This document shows positions 15,421 to 24,169 of a stretch of 64,000 nt of DNA, piece after piece. The number at the start of each line of letters is the position of its first letter. Within the stretch, counting starts at the first letter, position 1. Location of the stretch: assembly GCA_947455725.1 (NCBI GenBank), contig CANGPL010000007.1:6847-70846 (forward strand), given 5' to 3'. Under the pieces are notes generated by a model. The model saw only the letters and a list, made by a program, of their open reading frames with translations, was not told the origin of the DNA and made no database searches. Made by a program: the position numbers and the translations under genes. The stretch comes from Hyphomicrobiales bacterium (GTDB lineage Bacteria; Pseudomonadota; Alphaproteobacteria; Rhizobiales; Beijerinckiaceae).

Positions 15421-15839
15421 TCCGCCTCGCCCCCGGTGCAGCGCTCGAAGAGAGCGAATTGATCGAGAGTTTCGTCCGCGCCTCAGGGCCGGGCGGGCAG
15501 AATGTCAATAAGGTCGCGACTGCTGTTGAATTACGGTTTGATATTCGCAACGCGCCGTGGATTGATAGCGATATCAAAGCGCGTCTTGAAAAATTGGCCG
15601 GCCAGCGCCTGACGCTTGATGGCGTGATCATTCTCTTCGCACAAAAACATCGGACGCAGGAATTGAACCGGGCGGATGCGCGGGAGCGCCTGTTCGATTT
15701 AATCCGCAAAGCGGCCAAGCGGCCTGTCATTCGCAGGCCCACACGGCCAACGCTCGCCTCGAAAAAACGCCGCGTGGAATCGAAGGTGAGGCGGGGTGGA
15801 ATCAAGGGTTTGCGCGGCAAGCCAATGAGCGAGGATTAG
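15417..15839 (+). CDS. arfB: Alternative ribosome-rescue factor ArfB (peptidyl-tRNA hydrolase, YaeJ)
   Basis: GGQ motif (GPGGQNVNKV) and a basic C-terminal tail. The N-terminus aligns from residue 1 with E. coli ArfB. The ATG overlaps the parE TGA (ATGA). Confidence 0.9.
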   Translation: MIRLAPGAALEESELIESFVRASGPGGQNVNKVATAVELRFDIRNAPWIDSDIKARLEKLAGQRLTLDGVIILFAQKHRTQELNRADARERLFDLIRKAAKRPVIRRPTRPTLASKKRRVESKVRRGGIKGLRGKPMSED

Positions 15840-15976
15840 AGCCAAATCGGTATAACTGCGGCATAGTAGCTCTAAGACCATCGTCGTGGGTCATGTTGCA
15901 TTGCGGAACAGCGCGAATTTGGATAGAAACGCATGCATTCTGGTAGCGGCTCAACCGCTAAGCCTCGTATCAAAAG

Positions 15977-16372
15977 ATGAGCGCGATGATAAAGACCAAG
16001 ACTCGTCCCCTTTCGCCGCATTTAAGCATTTATAAGCCGACCATTACGATGACGATGTCGATCGTGCATCGCATCACCGGTATTGGCCTTTATGCGGGAA
16101 CCGTTTTACTGGCCATTTGGCTGATTGCAGCGGCCAGCGGCGCGCAGGCTTTTGCGCCCGTTCAGCAGTTTATGGCGAGCCCTTTCGGTCGGATTATTTT
16201 GCTTGGCTATACTTGGGCAATCATTCACCACGCGCTGGGCGGTATTCGGCATTTCATTTGGGATACGGGCGCGGGCCTTGGACCTGAGCGTTATCTTTTT
16301 GCCCGCCTCACGCTGATCGGTTCGCTTGTGATGACGGTCGGCCTTTGGGTTTTGGGCTACGCAGTAAGGTAG
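15977..16372 (+). CDS. sdhC: Succinate dehydrogenase cytochrome b556 subunit
   Basis: RPLSPHLSIYK motif, 3 TM segments, first position in the sdh operon. Confidence 0.9.
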   Translation: MSAMIKTKTRPLSPHLSIYKPTITMTMSIVHRITGIGLYAGTVLLAIWLIAAASGAQAFAPVQQFMASPFGRIILLGYTWAIIHHALGGIRHFIWDTGAGLGPERYLFARLTLIGSLVMTVGLWVLGYAVR

Positions 16373-16379
16373 AGCGATT

Positions 16380-16772
16380 ATGACCTCAACATCGACCATG
16401 AAAACACCGACCAAACTGGTGCGCGGCCTTGGCTCCTCTCGCTCGGGTACGGATCATTTCTGGCGGCAGCGCCTGACCGCCTTGGCCAATATTCCGCTCA
16501 CCATCGGTTTTCTCTGCGTGGTTTATGCGACGCTCGGCAAGGATGCCGATGCTGCGCGCGCGGTACTCGCCCGTCCGTTTGATGCCTTCATTATCGGCCT
16601 CTTCGTGATCTCCGGCGTGATCCATATGAAGATCGGCATGCAGGTGATTATCGAAGACTATATCCATGGCGAAGGCAGCAAGATCATCGCGCTTGCGCTG
16701 AATACGCTGTTCTCGCTGGCTATTGGTGCGGCATGCGTATTTGCCGTTCTTAAATTGACGTTTGGAGCATAA
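16380..16772 (+). CDS. sdhD: Succinate dehydrogenase membrane anchor subunit
   Basis: Hydrophobic 130-aa protein between sdhC and sdhA. Confidence 0.85.
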   Translation: MTSTSTMKTPTKLVRGLGSSRSGTDHFWRQRLTALANIPLTIGFLCVVYATLGKDADAARAVLARPFDAFIIGLFVISGVIHMKIGMQVIIEDYIHGEGSKIIALALNTLFSLAIGAACVFAVLKLTFGA

Positions 16773-16773
16773 A

Positions 16774-18591
16774 ATGGCGACTTCTTCACCCGCTCAAAAC
16801 GGTAAGGCGTACCCGATTACCGATCATTCTTTCGACGTGGTTGTTGTTGGCGCCGGCGGTGCTGGTCTACGTGCGGCGGTTGGTTGCGCGCAAGCGGGCC
16901 TGCGTACCGCGTGTATCTCGAAAGTGTTCCCAACGCGCTCGCATACGGTTGCGGCACAAGGCGGTATTTCGGCGGCGCTTGGCAATATGGGCCGCGACGA
17001 TTGGCGCTGGCATATGTATGACACGGTCAAGGGTTCTGACTGGCTCGGCGACCAGGATGCGATTGAATATCTCTGCCGCAACGCGCCGGAAGCCGTTTAT
17101 GAGCTCGAGCATTGGGGTGTGCCGTTTTCGCGCACCGAAGAAGGCAAGATTTATCAACGGCCGTTCGGCGGCATGACGACCGAATTCGGTAAAGGCACTG
17201 CGCAGCGCACCTGTGCCGCGGCTGACCGCACGGGTCATGCGATTTTGCACACGCTTTATGGCCAAGCGCTGCGCTCGAAGACCGAGTTCTTCATCGAATA
17301 TTTTGCGCTTGATTTGATCATGAGTGAGGAAGGCCGTTGCGTTGGCCTGATGGCGCTTAAAATGGATGACGGCACGATCCATCGATTCCGTGCAGCGGAA
17401 GTAATTTTGGCGACCGGCGGCTATGGTCGCGCCTATTTCTCCGCGACTTCCGCGCATACCTGCACGGGCGATGGCAATGCCATGGTGCTCCGCGCTGGTC
17501 TGCCTTTGCAGGACATGGAATTTGTGCAATTCCACCCGACCGGCATTTATGGCGCTGGCTGCCTGATTACCGAAGGCTCACGCGGGGAAGGCGGCTATCT
17601 CACCAACTCCGAAGGTGAGCGCTTTATGGAGCGTTATGCGCCATCTGCCAAAGACTTGGCCTCGCGTGATGTGGTTTCACGTGCGATGACGATGGAAATT
17701 CGCGAAGGCCGTGGCGTTGGCAAGCAGAAGGATCACATCTATCTGCATCTCGACCATCTCGACCCGAAAATTTTGGCCGAGCGTCTGCCCGGCATCTCGG
17801 AAAGCGCGCGGATTTTTGCGGGCGTTGACGTGACGAAGGAGCCGATCCCCGTGCTGCCGACCGTGCATTACAATATGGGCGGCATTCCGACCAATTATCA
17901 CGGCGAAGTGCTCACCAAAAAGAACGGTAATGCCGATACCATCGTCCCCGGTTTGATGGCGATTGGTGAGGCGGCTTGCGTCTCGGTGCATGGCGCGAAC
18001 CGTTTGGGTTCGAACTCGCTGATCGACCTCGTGGTGTTTGGCCGCGCCGCCGGCCAACGCGCCGCCGAGCTCGTTTCACCCGGCGAAAAGCAGGCGGAAT
18101 TGTCGGCCAATGCCGGTGAAGCCGCGCTTGATCGCCTAGACCGCTTCCGTCACGCGGCAGGCGGCACCAAGACGGCGGAACTTCGCATGCAGATGCAAAA
18201 GACGATGCAGAATAATTGCGCCGTCTATCGCACGGGCGAAGTGCTGCATGAGGGCCAGACGCTGATCCATCACGTGTGGAGCGGATCATCCGATATTCAA
18301 GTGACCGATCGTTCGCTGATCTGGAACACGGATTTGCTGGAGACGTTGGAATTTGACAACCTCATCGCGCAAGCCGTGGTGACGATGGACTCCGCCGCCA
18401 ACCGTCAAGAAAGCCGCGGCGCCCATGCGCGTGAGGATTTCCCGAACCGCGATGACAAGGAATGGATGAAGCACACATTGGCCTTCATCGATCCGGCGCG
18501 CCAAGAAACGATCATCGATTACCGCCCGGTGCATACTTACACGATGTCGAATGACATTGAGTATATTGCGCCTAAGGCACGCGTGTATTGA
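16774..18591 (+). CDS. sdhA: Succinate dehydrogenase flavoprotein subunit
   Basis: FAD-binding [13 protein letters not shown] and SHTVAAQGG (the covalent-FAD His region). ATG 16774 lies directly after the sdhD stop. Confidence 0.97.
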   Translation: MATSSPAQNGKAYPITDHSFDVVVVGAGGAGLRAAVGCAQAGLRTACISKVFPTRSHTVAAQGGISAALGNMGRDDWRWHMYDTVKGSDWLGDQDAIEYLCRNAPEAVYELEHWGVPFSRTEEGKIYQRPFGGMTTEFGKGTAQRTCAAADRTGHAILHTLYGQALRSKTEFFIEYFALDLIMSEEGRCVGLMALKMDDGTIHRFRAAEVILATGGYGRAYFSATSAHTCTGDGNAMVLRAGLPLQDMEFVQFHPTGIYGAGCLITEGSRGEGGYLTNSEGERFMERYAPSAKDLASRDVVSRAMTMEIREGRGVGKQKDHIYLHLDHLDPKILAERLPGISESARIFAGVDVTKEPIPVLPTVHYNMGGIPTNYHGEVLTKKNGNADTIVPGLMAIGEAACVSVHGANRLGSNSLIDLVVFGRAAGQRAAELVSPGEKQAELSANAGEAALDRLDRFRHAAGGTKTAELRMQMQKTMQNNCAVYRTGEVLHEGQTLIHHVWSGSSDIQVTDRSLIWNTDLLETLEFDNLIAQAVVTMDSAANRQESRGAHAREDFPNRDDKEWMKHTLAFIDPARQETIIDYRPVHTYTMSNDIEYIAPKARVY

Positions 18592-18726
18592 GTAGATCGT
18601 GTTTTAAGTAGAAACGGAGCGTAATGCGTGAAAACTCGTTCAAACATTCGTCTCGTTGACAAAGGTCGTTCGGAAACGTTTCGGACGCCCTTGCCGGGCG
18701 ATAATTCGCGCCGCAGGAGGCCGCCC

Positions 18727-19038
18727 GTGACCTATGCCATTACCTTCGATCTCGACACAAAAATACTGGAAGAAGGCTATCCAAGTTCGTCTTGGCAGAA
18801 CGCCTACAAGGACATCGAGCGGTTTTTGCGCGAGCTTGGTTTCGACCGTCAACAAGGAAGCGTTTATTTTGGCAATGACGATATCGATGTCGTTCAATGC
18901 CAGATGGCGGTGCAGCGGCTAACGCTCGAATTTGAATGGTTTGCCCCGGCAGTAAACGACATTCGCATGTTGCGAATTGAAGACAATAACGATCTTAGAC
19001 CAGCCATTGAGCTGGCGATGCAAATGAAGGCGCGTTAA
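18727..19038 (+). CDS. vapD: VapD-family (Cas2-like) endoribonuclease, solitary
   Basis: YAITFDL...AYKDIERFLRELGFDRQQGSVYFG...VNDIRMLRIE matches the VapD pattern. GTG 18727 lies 6 nt after a perfect AGGAGG. The longer track ORF (18628) is probably a 5' over-extension. Confidence 0.8.
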   Translation: MTYAITFDLDTKILEEGYPSSSWQNAYKDIERFLRELGFDRQQGSVYFGNDDIDVVQCQMAVQRLTLEFEWFAPAVNDIRMLRIEDNNDLRPAIELAMQMKAR

Positions 19039-19041
19039 ATC

Positions 19042-19821
19042 ATGGTTGAACTCACGCTCCCCAAAAATTCCCGCGTTGGCGAAGGCAAAGTGTGGCCTAA
19101 GCCGCAAGGTGCTAAGCGTCTCACCGAGTTTCGCGTCTATCGCTATGATCCGGATGGCGAGAGCAATCCGCGCATGGACACCTATTATGTCGACCGCGAT
19201 GATTGCGGGCCGATGGTGCTGGATGGCATTATCTGGATCAAGTCGAAGATCGACCCGACGCTGACCTTCCGGCGCTCGTGCCGTGAGGGCATTTGCGGCT
19301 CTTGCGCGATGAATATTGATGGGTTGAACACGCTCGCCTGCACCAAGGGCATGGACGAGGTGGCGCACCCGATCCGCATCTATCCGCTGCCGCATATGCC
19401 GGTGATCAAGGATCTCGTGCCGGACCTCACGCATTTCTACTCGCAGCACGCCTCCATCGAGCCGTGGCTGCATACTTCGACGCCTGCGCCCGAGAAGGAA
19501 TGGAAGCAATCGCATGAGGACCGCGAAAAGCTCGACGGTCTTTACGAGTGTATTCTTTGCGCCTGCTGCTCGACCTCCTGCCCGAGCTATTGGTGGAATG
19601 GCGACCGCTATCTAGGCCCTGCCGTTCTGCTGCAAGCCTATCGCTGGTTGATTGACAGCCGCGATGAAGCAACCGGCGAGCGTTTGGACAATCTCGAAGA
19701 TCCGTTCCGGCTTTATCGCTGCCATACGATCATGAATTGCGCCAATACCTGCCCGAAGGGGCTGAACCCTGCGCGCGCGATTGCAGAGATTAAGAAGATG
19801 ATGGTGGAGCGACGGGTTTAA
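19042..19821 (+). CDS. sdhB: Succinate dehydrogenase iron-sulfur subunit
   Basis: Cys clusters [25 protein letters not shown] and [12 protein letters not shown]. Confidence 0.97.
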   Translation: MVELTLPKNSRVGEGKVWPKPQGAKRLTEFRVYRYDPDGESNPRMDTYYVDRDDCGPMVLDGIIWIKSKIDPTLTFRRSCREGICGSCAMNIDGLNTLACTKGMDEVAHPIRIYPLPHMPVIKDLVPDLTHFYSQHASIEPWLHTSTPAPEKEWKQSHEDREKLDGLYECILCACCSTSCPSYWWNGDRYLGPAVLLQAYRWLIDSRDEATGERLDNLEDPFRLYRCHTIMNCANTCPKGLNPARAIAEIKKMMVERRV

Positions 19822-19908
19822 GGGGCGACCCGTCGAAGCAAAGAATTTACAAAACTTTAGTTCGAGGCCATGTTTCCGTGACGGAAATAAAATGCCTCGA
19901 GAGCTGCT

Positions 19909-20694
19909 ATGTCTTCTGATAAAAATTTTGCCACCAAATACGCCTCATTTGTTTGGGGAGCAGCCACTTCGGCATTTTGCGTTATTTCGCTTCTCTTACT
20001 ATCGGGCAATCTCCAGTTGAGAGATTTTCCCGCGCCACATTCTGAGCCATCCGGCAATTTTATTTTTGATTATCAAGCCCTCATTGCAGGCTTTTTTGCG
20101 TTGATTGGCGCAGCGTGGACGGTTCAAGCAATTTTCAAACAAATCGACGCGTCGAGGGCGATTGAACAAGAAAAGATCGAACGAAAGCATCAAGCTCTTA
20201 AAGCCGCCCTGCCACTTTATTCCACTCATATTATACACTATCTCAGACAATCGTTTTCCCGCTATGAAACCATTCTAAATGCTATTGAACCGCAAGCTGG
20301 ACTACCCACATCTGATCAGATTGCCTTTCCTAAAGACATCACGGACTTTCTCATTGAGTTTATTAGTTATGCTGACAGCTCTGGCGATGACGAAATTGGT
20401 GCGATTGTATCGAATTTCTTATTACAAATACAAATCCACAATAGCCGATTGAACGAGAATATTGACGGCCGGATAGATAAAAAAATTAAAATCGTTGATG
20501 ATGTTATTTCGACCGCAGAATTATTTTTGGAAACGAAAAAGCTATTTGATTATGGCAGGGGTGACTATTATTCATACAAGAGTATGAATAATAGTTATGA
20601 AGATATACATAGTACACTGTTTTTTGAAGCCAAGTTCATGCTCGACTATGATCATATTATTAGAACAAAATGTGGTAACAGAATGCGCGGGTAG
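19909..20694 (+). CDS. Orphan 261-aa protein with two N-terminal TM helices and an unrecognised alpha-helical C-terminal domain, AT-rich
   Basis: TM segments FVWGAATSAFCVISLLLLSG and ALIAGFFALIGAAWTVQAIF. Composition is clearly lower in GC than the flanking sdhB and purC. Confidence 0.6.
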   Translation: MSSDKNFATKYASFVWGAATSAFCVISLLLLSGNLQLRDFPAPHSEPSGNFIFDYQALIAGFFALIGAAWTVQAIFKQIDASRAIEQEKIERKHQALKAALPLYSTHIIHYLRQSFSRYETILNAIEPQAGLPTSDQIAFPKDITDFLIEFISYADSSGDDEIGAIVSNFLLQIQIHNSRLNENIDGRIDKKIKIVDDVISTAELFLETKKLFDYGRGDYYSYKSMNNSYEDIHSTLFFEAKFMLDYDHIIRTKCGNRMRG

Positions 20695-20734
20695 AGTTAA
20701 CTTCTTATTTGTAGGTTAGACTTTTCGATAATTC

Positions 20735-20965
20735 CTACTCCCCCGCCCGATGCTGCGCAATTGAGCGTGCAAGACGGGCAGCATTGGCGGGTGATTTCAG
20801 GAGATAGGCCGTCTCCATGATGCTGTTATAGGTATCGAGCGACATGACAACGGCATTCGGCGCATCACGCCGCGCGATGATGGTAACATTGGCATCATCG
20901 ACAACCTTGTCGAGAACGCTTTTGAGATTGTTCCGTGCTTCGGTGAAATTGACGACGTCGAGCAT
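20735..20965 (-). CDS. Phd/YefM-family antitoxin with no adjacent toxin gene
   Basis: MLDVVNFTEARNNLKSVLDKVVDDANVTIIARRDAPNAVVMSLDTYNSIMETAYLL is typical Phd/YefM. The start was trimmed to M28. Confidence 0.85.
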   Translation of the reverse strand: MLDVVNFTEARNNLKSVLDKVVDDANVTIIARRDAPNAVVMSLDTYNSIMETAYLLKSPANAARLARSIAQHRAGE

Positions 20966-20981
20966 GGTGGCGGGCCTTTTG

Positions 20982-21005
20982 ACATGTGCAGAATATGGCA
21001 CATGT
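20982..21005. promoter_or_regulatory. Perfect 8-bp inverted repeat ACATGTGC-N8-GCACATGT, 17 nt upstream of the phd/yefM start, a candidate autoregulatory operator
   Basis: Read directly. A second palindrome, AAATGCA-N7-TGCATTT, lies at 21039-21059. Confidence 0.4.
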
Positions 21006-21105
21006 TTAGCACGGGGTTCAAGGCATTGCAAACTTCGGAAATGCACAATTACTGCATTTAAAAAGATGATTGCAGCGCTGCTGCATCTGAGCGTTCCGCC
21101 ATCCG

Positions 21106-21224
21106 TCCTTGCGAGCGAAGGCGAAGCAATCCAGCTGATGGTAGAAGCAAGAGCGCGGTGGCACCACGGCGCTCTTTTTATGTTCTGTTAGCTGGGTTGC
21201 TTCGCCTTCGCTTGCAATGACGGG
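21106..21224. repeat. Nested palindromic repeat element (family B: ...TTGCGAGCGAAGGCGAAGCAATCCAGCTG ... CAGCTGGGTTGCTTCGCCTTCGCTTGCAATGACGG) with an inner GC hairpin
   Basis: The long imperfect inverted arms were read directly and are related to the element at 42592-42685. ORFs across it (VIASEGEATQL, LDCFAFARKDG) look like repeat translation artefacts. Confidence 0.6.
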
Positions 21225-21307
21225 AAAATAATTGCTGCGCAGCATTTTTGCAGCATAAAATCACCAAACCCCTGAAATAAAACATTTTTCATAAAATTAC
21301 TGCGCAA

Positions 21308-21336
21308 TAAAAAACCCGCTCGAAGGCGGGTTTTTC
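21308..21336 (-). terminator. Rho-independent terminator of purC
   Basis: On the minus strand, ACCCGCC-ttcga-GCGGGT is followed by TTTTTT. Confidence 0.7.
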
Positions 21337-21369
21337 TTATCTATTGTGCAGCGCAGCAAAAATGCAGCA

Positions 21370-22134
21370 TTATTGCACGAGTTTGGGGCCTGCACTGGCA
21401 ACGGGTTCACCTTCGGCGAGAATGCCGAGCCTGCGGGCCACCTCGGTATAGGCGTCGACGAGATTGCCGAGATCGCGGCGGAACAGGTCTTTGTCGAGCT
21501 TGTCGTTGGTTTTGGCGTCCCATAACCGCGCGGAGTCGGGCGAGATTTCATCGGCGAGAACGATGCGCATCATCTCGCCTTCCCACAGCCTGCCGCATTC
21601 GATCTTAAAATCGACGAGCTTGATATTGGCGCCCAAAAAGAGGCCCGTCAGGAAGTCGTTGACGCGAAGCGCCAACGCCATGATGTCATCGAGCTCTTGC
21701 GGTGTCGCCCAGCCGAAAGCGGTGATGTGCTCTTCCGACACCATCGGATCGTTCAGCGCGTCGTTCTTGTAGTAGAACTCGATGATCGAACGCGGCAGCG
21801 GGCTGCCCTCCTCCAAGCCAAGGCGGGTGGCGAGCGAGCCAGCGGCGATGTTGCGAACAACCACTTCGAGCGGGATAATCTCGACTTCGCGGATCAGCTG
21901 CTCGCGCATATTGAGCCTGCGGATGAAATGCGTCGGCACGCCAATCGCGTTCAAATGGTTGAAGATGAATTCGGAAATGCGGTTATTCAAAACGCCTTTT
22001 CCGTCAAGAACAGCGTGTTTCTTGGCGTTAAAAGCAGTTGCATCGTCTTTAAAGTGCTGGACGAGGGTGCCAGGCTCGGGACCCTCATAGAGGATCTTCG
22101 CCTTGCCCTCGTAAATGCGACGGCGGCGGTTCAT
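21370..22134 (-). CDS. purC: Phosphoribosylaminoimidazole-succinocarboxamide (SAICAR) synthase
   Basis: [36 protein letters not shown] is the typical alphaproteobacterial PurC N-terminus. The start was trimmed to 22134. Confidence 0.95.
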   Translation of the reverse strand: MNRRRRIYEGKAKILYEGPEPGTLVQHFKDDATAFNAKKHAVLDGKGVLNNRISEFIFNHLNAIGVPTHFIRRLNMREQLIREVEIIPLEVVVRNIAAGSLATRLGLEEGSPLPRSIIEFYYKNDALNDPMVSEEHITAFGWATPQELDDIMALALRVNDFLTGLFLGANIKLVDFKIECGRLWEGEMMRIVLADEISPDSARLWDAKTNDKLDKDLFRRDLGNLVDAYTEVARRLGILAEGEPVASAGPKLVQ

Positions 22135-22356
22135 CGACATATACCGTTGTTTGAGGAAATCCATAACCGGATGGTTCTTCATACAGGAAAACCCACCTGA
22201 TTTGCAACGCACCATTTAAAGGACGCTTTTTCTCGTCCCCTGCCTTTTGCAATTCTTTGCTGATCCCCATCTATAAGGAACGGGAAATGACGCCTGATTG
22301 TTATTCTACGGTGCCACACAGGGCGTGCCGAAGAATGGGCAGCAAGGAGAACGTCG

Positions 22357-22680
22357 ATGACCACCTTTGACGAACGGGAACAAGGCTTTGAGGCCAAATT
22401 CATCCATGAGCAAGATATGGAATTTCGGATTAAAGCCCGCCGAAATCATTTGCTGGGTGTTTGGGCCGGTGGGTTAATGGGCTTAGCCGGTGATGGATTG
22501 GCCCATTACGCCGAAGCCTTGATGGGTGTGGATGTCACGAACCCCGGCGATGATCATCTGCTCAAAAAAATCGACGATGATCTTTCCGCCGCCAAAGTCG
22601 ACCAATCAGCGGATGACATTCGCGCCAAAATGGATCAGTTGATGATCGTCGCCAAACGCGAGATCACGACCGGCGAATAG
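22357..22680 (+). CDS. DUF1476 protein (F1-ATPase inhibitor zeta-subunit family)
   Basis: MTTFDEREQGFEAKFIHEQDMEFRIKARRNHLLGVWA is a family-typical N-terminus. Adjacency to purC is common in alphaproteobacteria. Confidence 0.8.
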   Translation: MTTFDEREQGFEAKFIHEQDMEFRIKARRNHLLGVWAGGLMGLAGDGLAHYAEALMGVDVTNPGDDHLLKKIDDDLSAAKVDQSADDIRAKMDQLMIVAKREITTGE

Positions 22681-22757
22681 AAGCCATGACGGGCACGCCC
22701 TTGTTTTAGGGGGCCATTGTGCTTAGCCTCTGCCAAAACTTAGGGGGAGAGGCAAAC

Positions 22758-23543
22758 ATGGCACATCTGGCAACGATCGGCGCATTGTCGAAAAAGCTCG
22801 GCGGGGGCTCGGGGCTGTTAACGGCTTGGGTCGGTATGCCGGATCCTCTCGTGGCAGGCCAATTGGCGCTCGAAGATTTCGACACCGTTACACTCGATAT
22901 GCAGCATGGCGCGAATGATATTCATTCGGTTGCGCTCGGTGTGGCGCAAGTCACCTTGGCCGGAAAGCCTACGATCGTGCGCATCCCTGTGGGGCAATTT
23001 GCAACCGCGTCTCGCGTGCTCGATTTAGGCGTTGCCGGTGTGATCGCGCCGATGATCAATTCAAAAGAAGACGCCAAGGCCTTTGCCAGTTTCATGAAAT
23101 ATCCGCCGATTGGCGAGCGGAGCTGGGGGCCTACCATTGCGTTTGGGCTGACTGGCACTGAGGGTAATGACTATATGAAAGCGGGTAACGCCATGTCGGT
23201 GGCGATTGCCATGGTGGAAACGCGCGAGGCCCTCGCAGCCGTCGATGATATTTTGGCGACACCCGGCATTGATGCAGTGTTTGTGGGGCCTTCCGATCTT
23301 TCCATCGCGCTTTCGCATGGTGCGAATGTCGACCCGTCCCGCAAAGATGTGGCTGAGGCGCTTGATCATGTGGTCGCGCGCTGCAAGGCGCATAAAAAGG
23401 CCGCGTGCTGCTTTGCGCCAAGCCCGTTGGCGGCCATTGAACTTAAAGCCAAAGGCTATGATTTAATGGCGATTGGCACCGATTTCGGCCAATTAAGAAG
23501 TGGTGCGCGGGCGCAAATTGCCATCGCCCGCGGCACGGCTTGA
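22758..23543 (+). CDS. HpcH/HpaI-family aldolase/citrate-lyase-like enzyme
   Basis: TLDMQHG and VRIP..., MVETREAL motifs. ATG 22758 follows GGGGAGAGG. Confidence 0.75.
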   Translation: MAHLATIGALSKKLGGGSGLLTAWVGMPDPLVAGQLALEDFDTVTLDMQHGANDIHSVALGVAQVTLAGKPTIVRIPVGQFATASRVLDLGVAGVIAPMINSKEDAKAFASFMKYPPIGERSWGPTIAFGLTGTEGNDYMKAGNAMSVAIAMVETREALAAVDDILATPGIDAVFVGPSDLSIALSHGANVDPSRKDVAEALDHVVARCKAHKKAACCFAPSPLAAIELKAKGYDLMAIGTDFGQLRSGARAQIAIARGTA

Positions 23544-23556
23544 TCTTCCGCTCGCT

Positions 23557-24057
23557 TTACTGAGCCTTTGGTGCTTCATCCATCATATGGCCGTGATCGC
23601 CATGATGATGTTCCCAGCCGAAGGGCGAGGACCAACGCAACGCATCGCGCTGCTTGTCGTCGAGCTTGGCATAAAGCGCGTCAAAGGCGGGACGAACGGT
23701 TTTAACGGCGCTCAGCATGGCGGTTAAATGCTGCTCCATGCCCGAAAGCATACCCGGAGGGGTATGATCAACCGATGCTGGATCAGCCGGACAAGTGGCC
23801 TTAACGGTGGCCTCAGCGGAGGTAAGCGCTGCCTTAAGCGCCTCAAATTCCGGCTTCTGCGCGTCCGTTGGCTTGATCGTGCGTTGCAGACGATCAAGCA
23901 GACGTGGACCCATCGGATCTTTTGCTTCGCAAATATGACCCATCGGGCCGAAATTTTCACCGTGGCGTCCGCCCGGTTGCGCAAAAGCCGCAAGCGCGCC
24001 ACCTGCAACAACCACAAGCGCAGTACCCATAATCAATGTCTTTTTGCCGAATTTCAT
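23557..24057 (-). CDS. Periplasmic Spy/CpxP-like (LTXXQ-type) protein with a His-rich C-terminus
   Basis: Signal peptide, PTDAQ and LDDKQRDAL motifs, and the tail WEHHHGDHGHMMDE. Confidence 0.55.
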   Translation of the reverse strand: MKFGKKTLIMGTALVVVAGGALAAFAQPGGRHGENFGPMGHICEAKDPMGPRLLDRLQRTIKPTDAQKPEFEALKAALTSAEATVKATCPADPASVDHTPPGMLSGMEQHLTAMLSAVKTVRPAFDALYAKLDDKQRDALRWSSPFGWEHHHGDHGHMMDEAPKAQ

Positions 24058-24169
24058 CTCATCAACTCCTCATTGCGGCCCCGGATGGGGCGTTGAGGAC
24101 ATAACGCCCGAAGTCACCTGACACGGGCATGTCGACAAGATTAAACTTTGTTGAGGTTAAGCGGACCTG

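Noticed and set aside
18628-18726. The N-terminal 33-codon extension of vapD in the ORF track (GTG 18628)
   Set aside because: VapD proteins start at the (M)-YAI-FDL motif. A perfect AGGAGG lies 6 nt before GTG 18727, and the extension is Arg-rich and unstructured.
16824-19515. Several 80-220-aa ORFs antisense to or out of frame within sdhA and sdhB (e.g. 16867-17535, 17677-18057, 18919-19515)
   Set aside because: All are Arg/Ala/His-rich shadow ORFs overlapping strongly conserved sdh coding sequence.
21018-21245. A 75-aa ORF (and 20844-21191) spanning the family-B palindrome, and similarly 42406-42729 and 42595-42792
   Set aside because: The translations (VIASEGEATQL, LDCFAFARKDG, SLRGGPEDRRGNP) are typical read-through artefacts of intergenic palindromic repeats.
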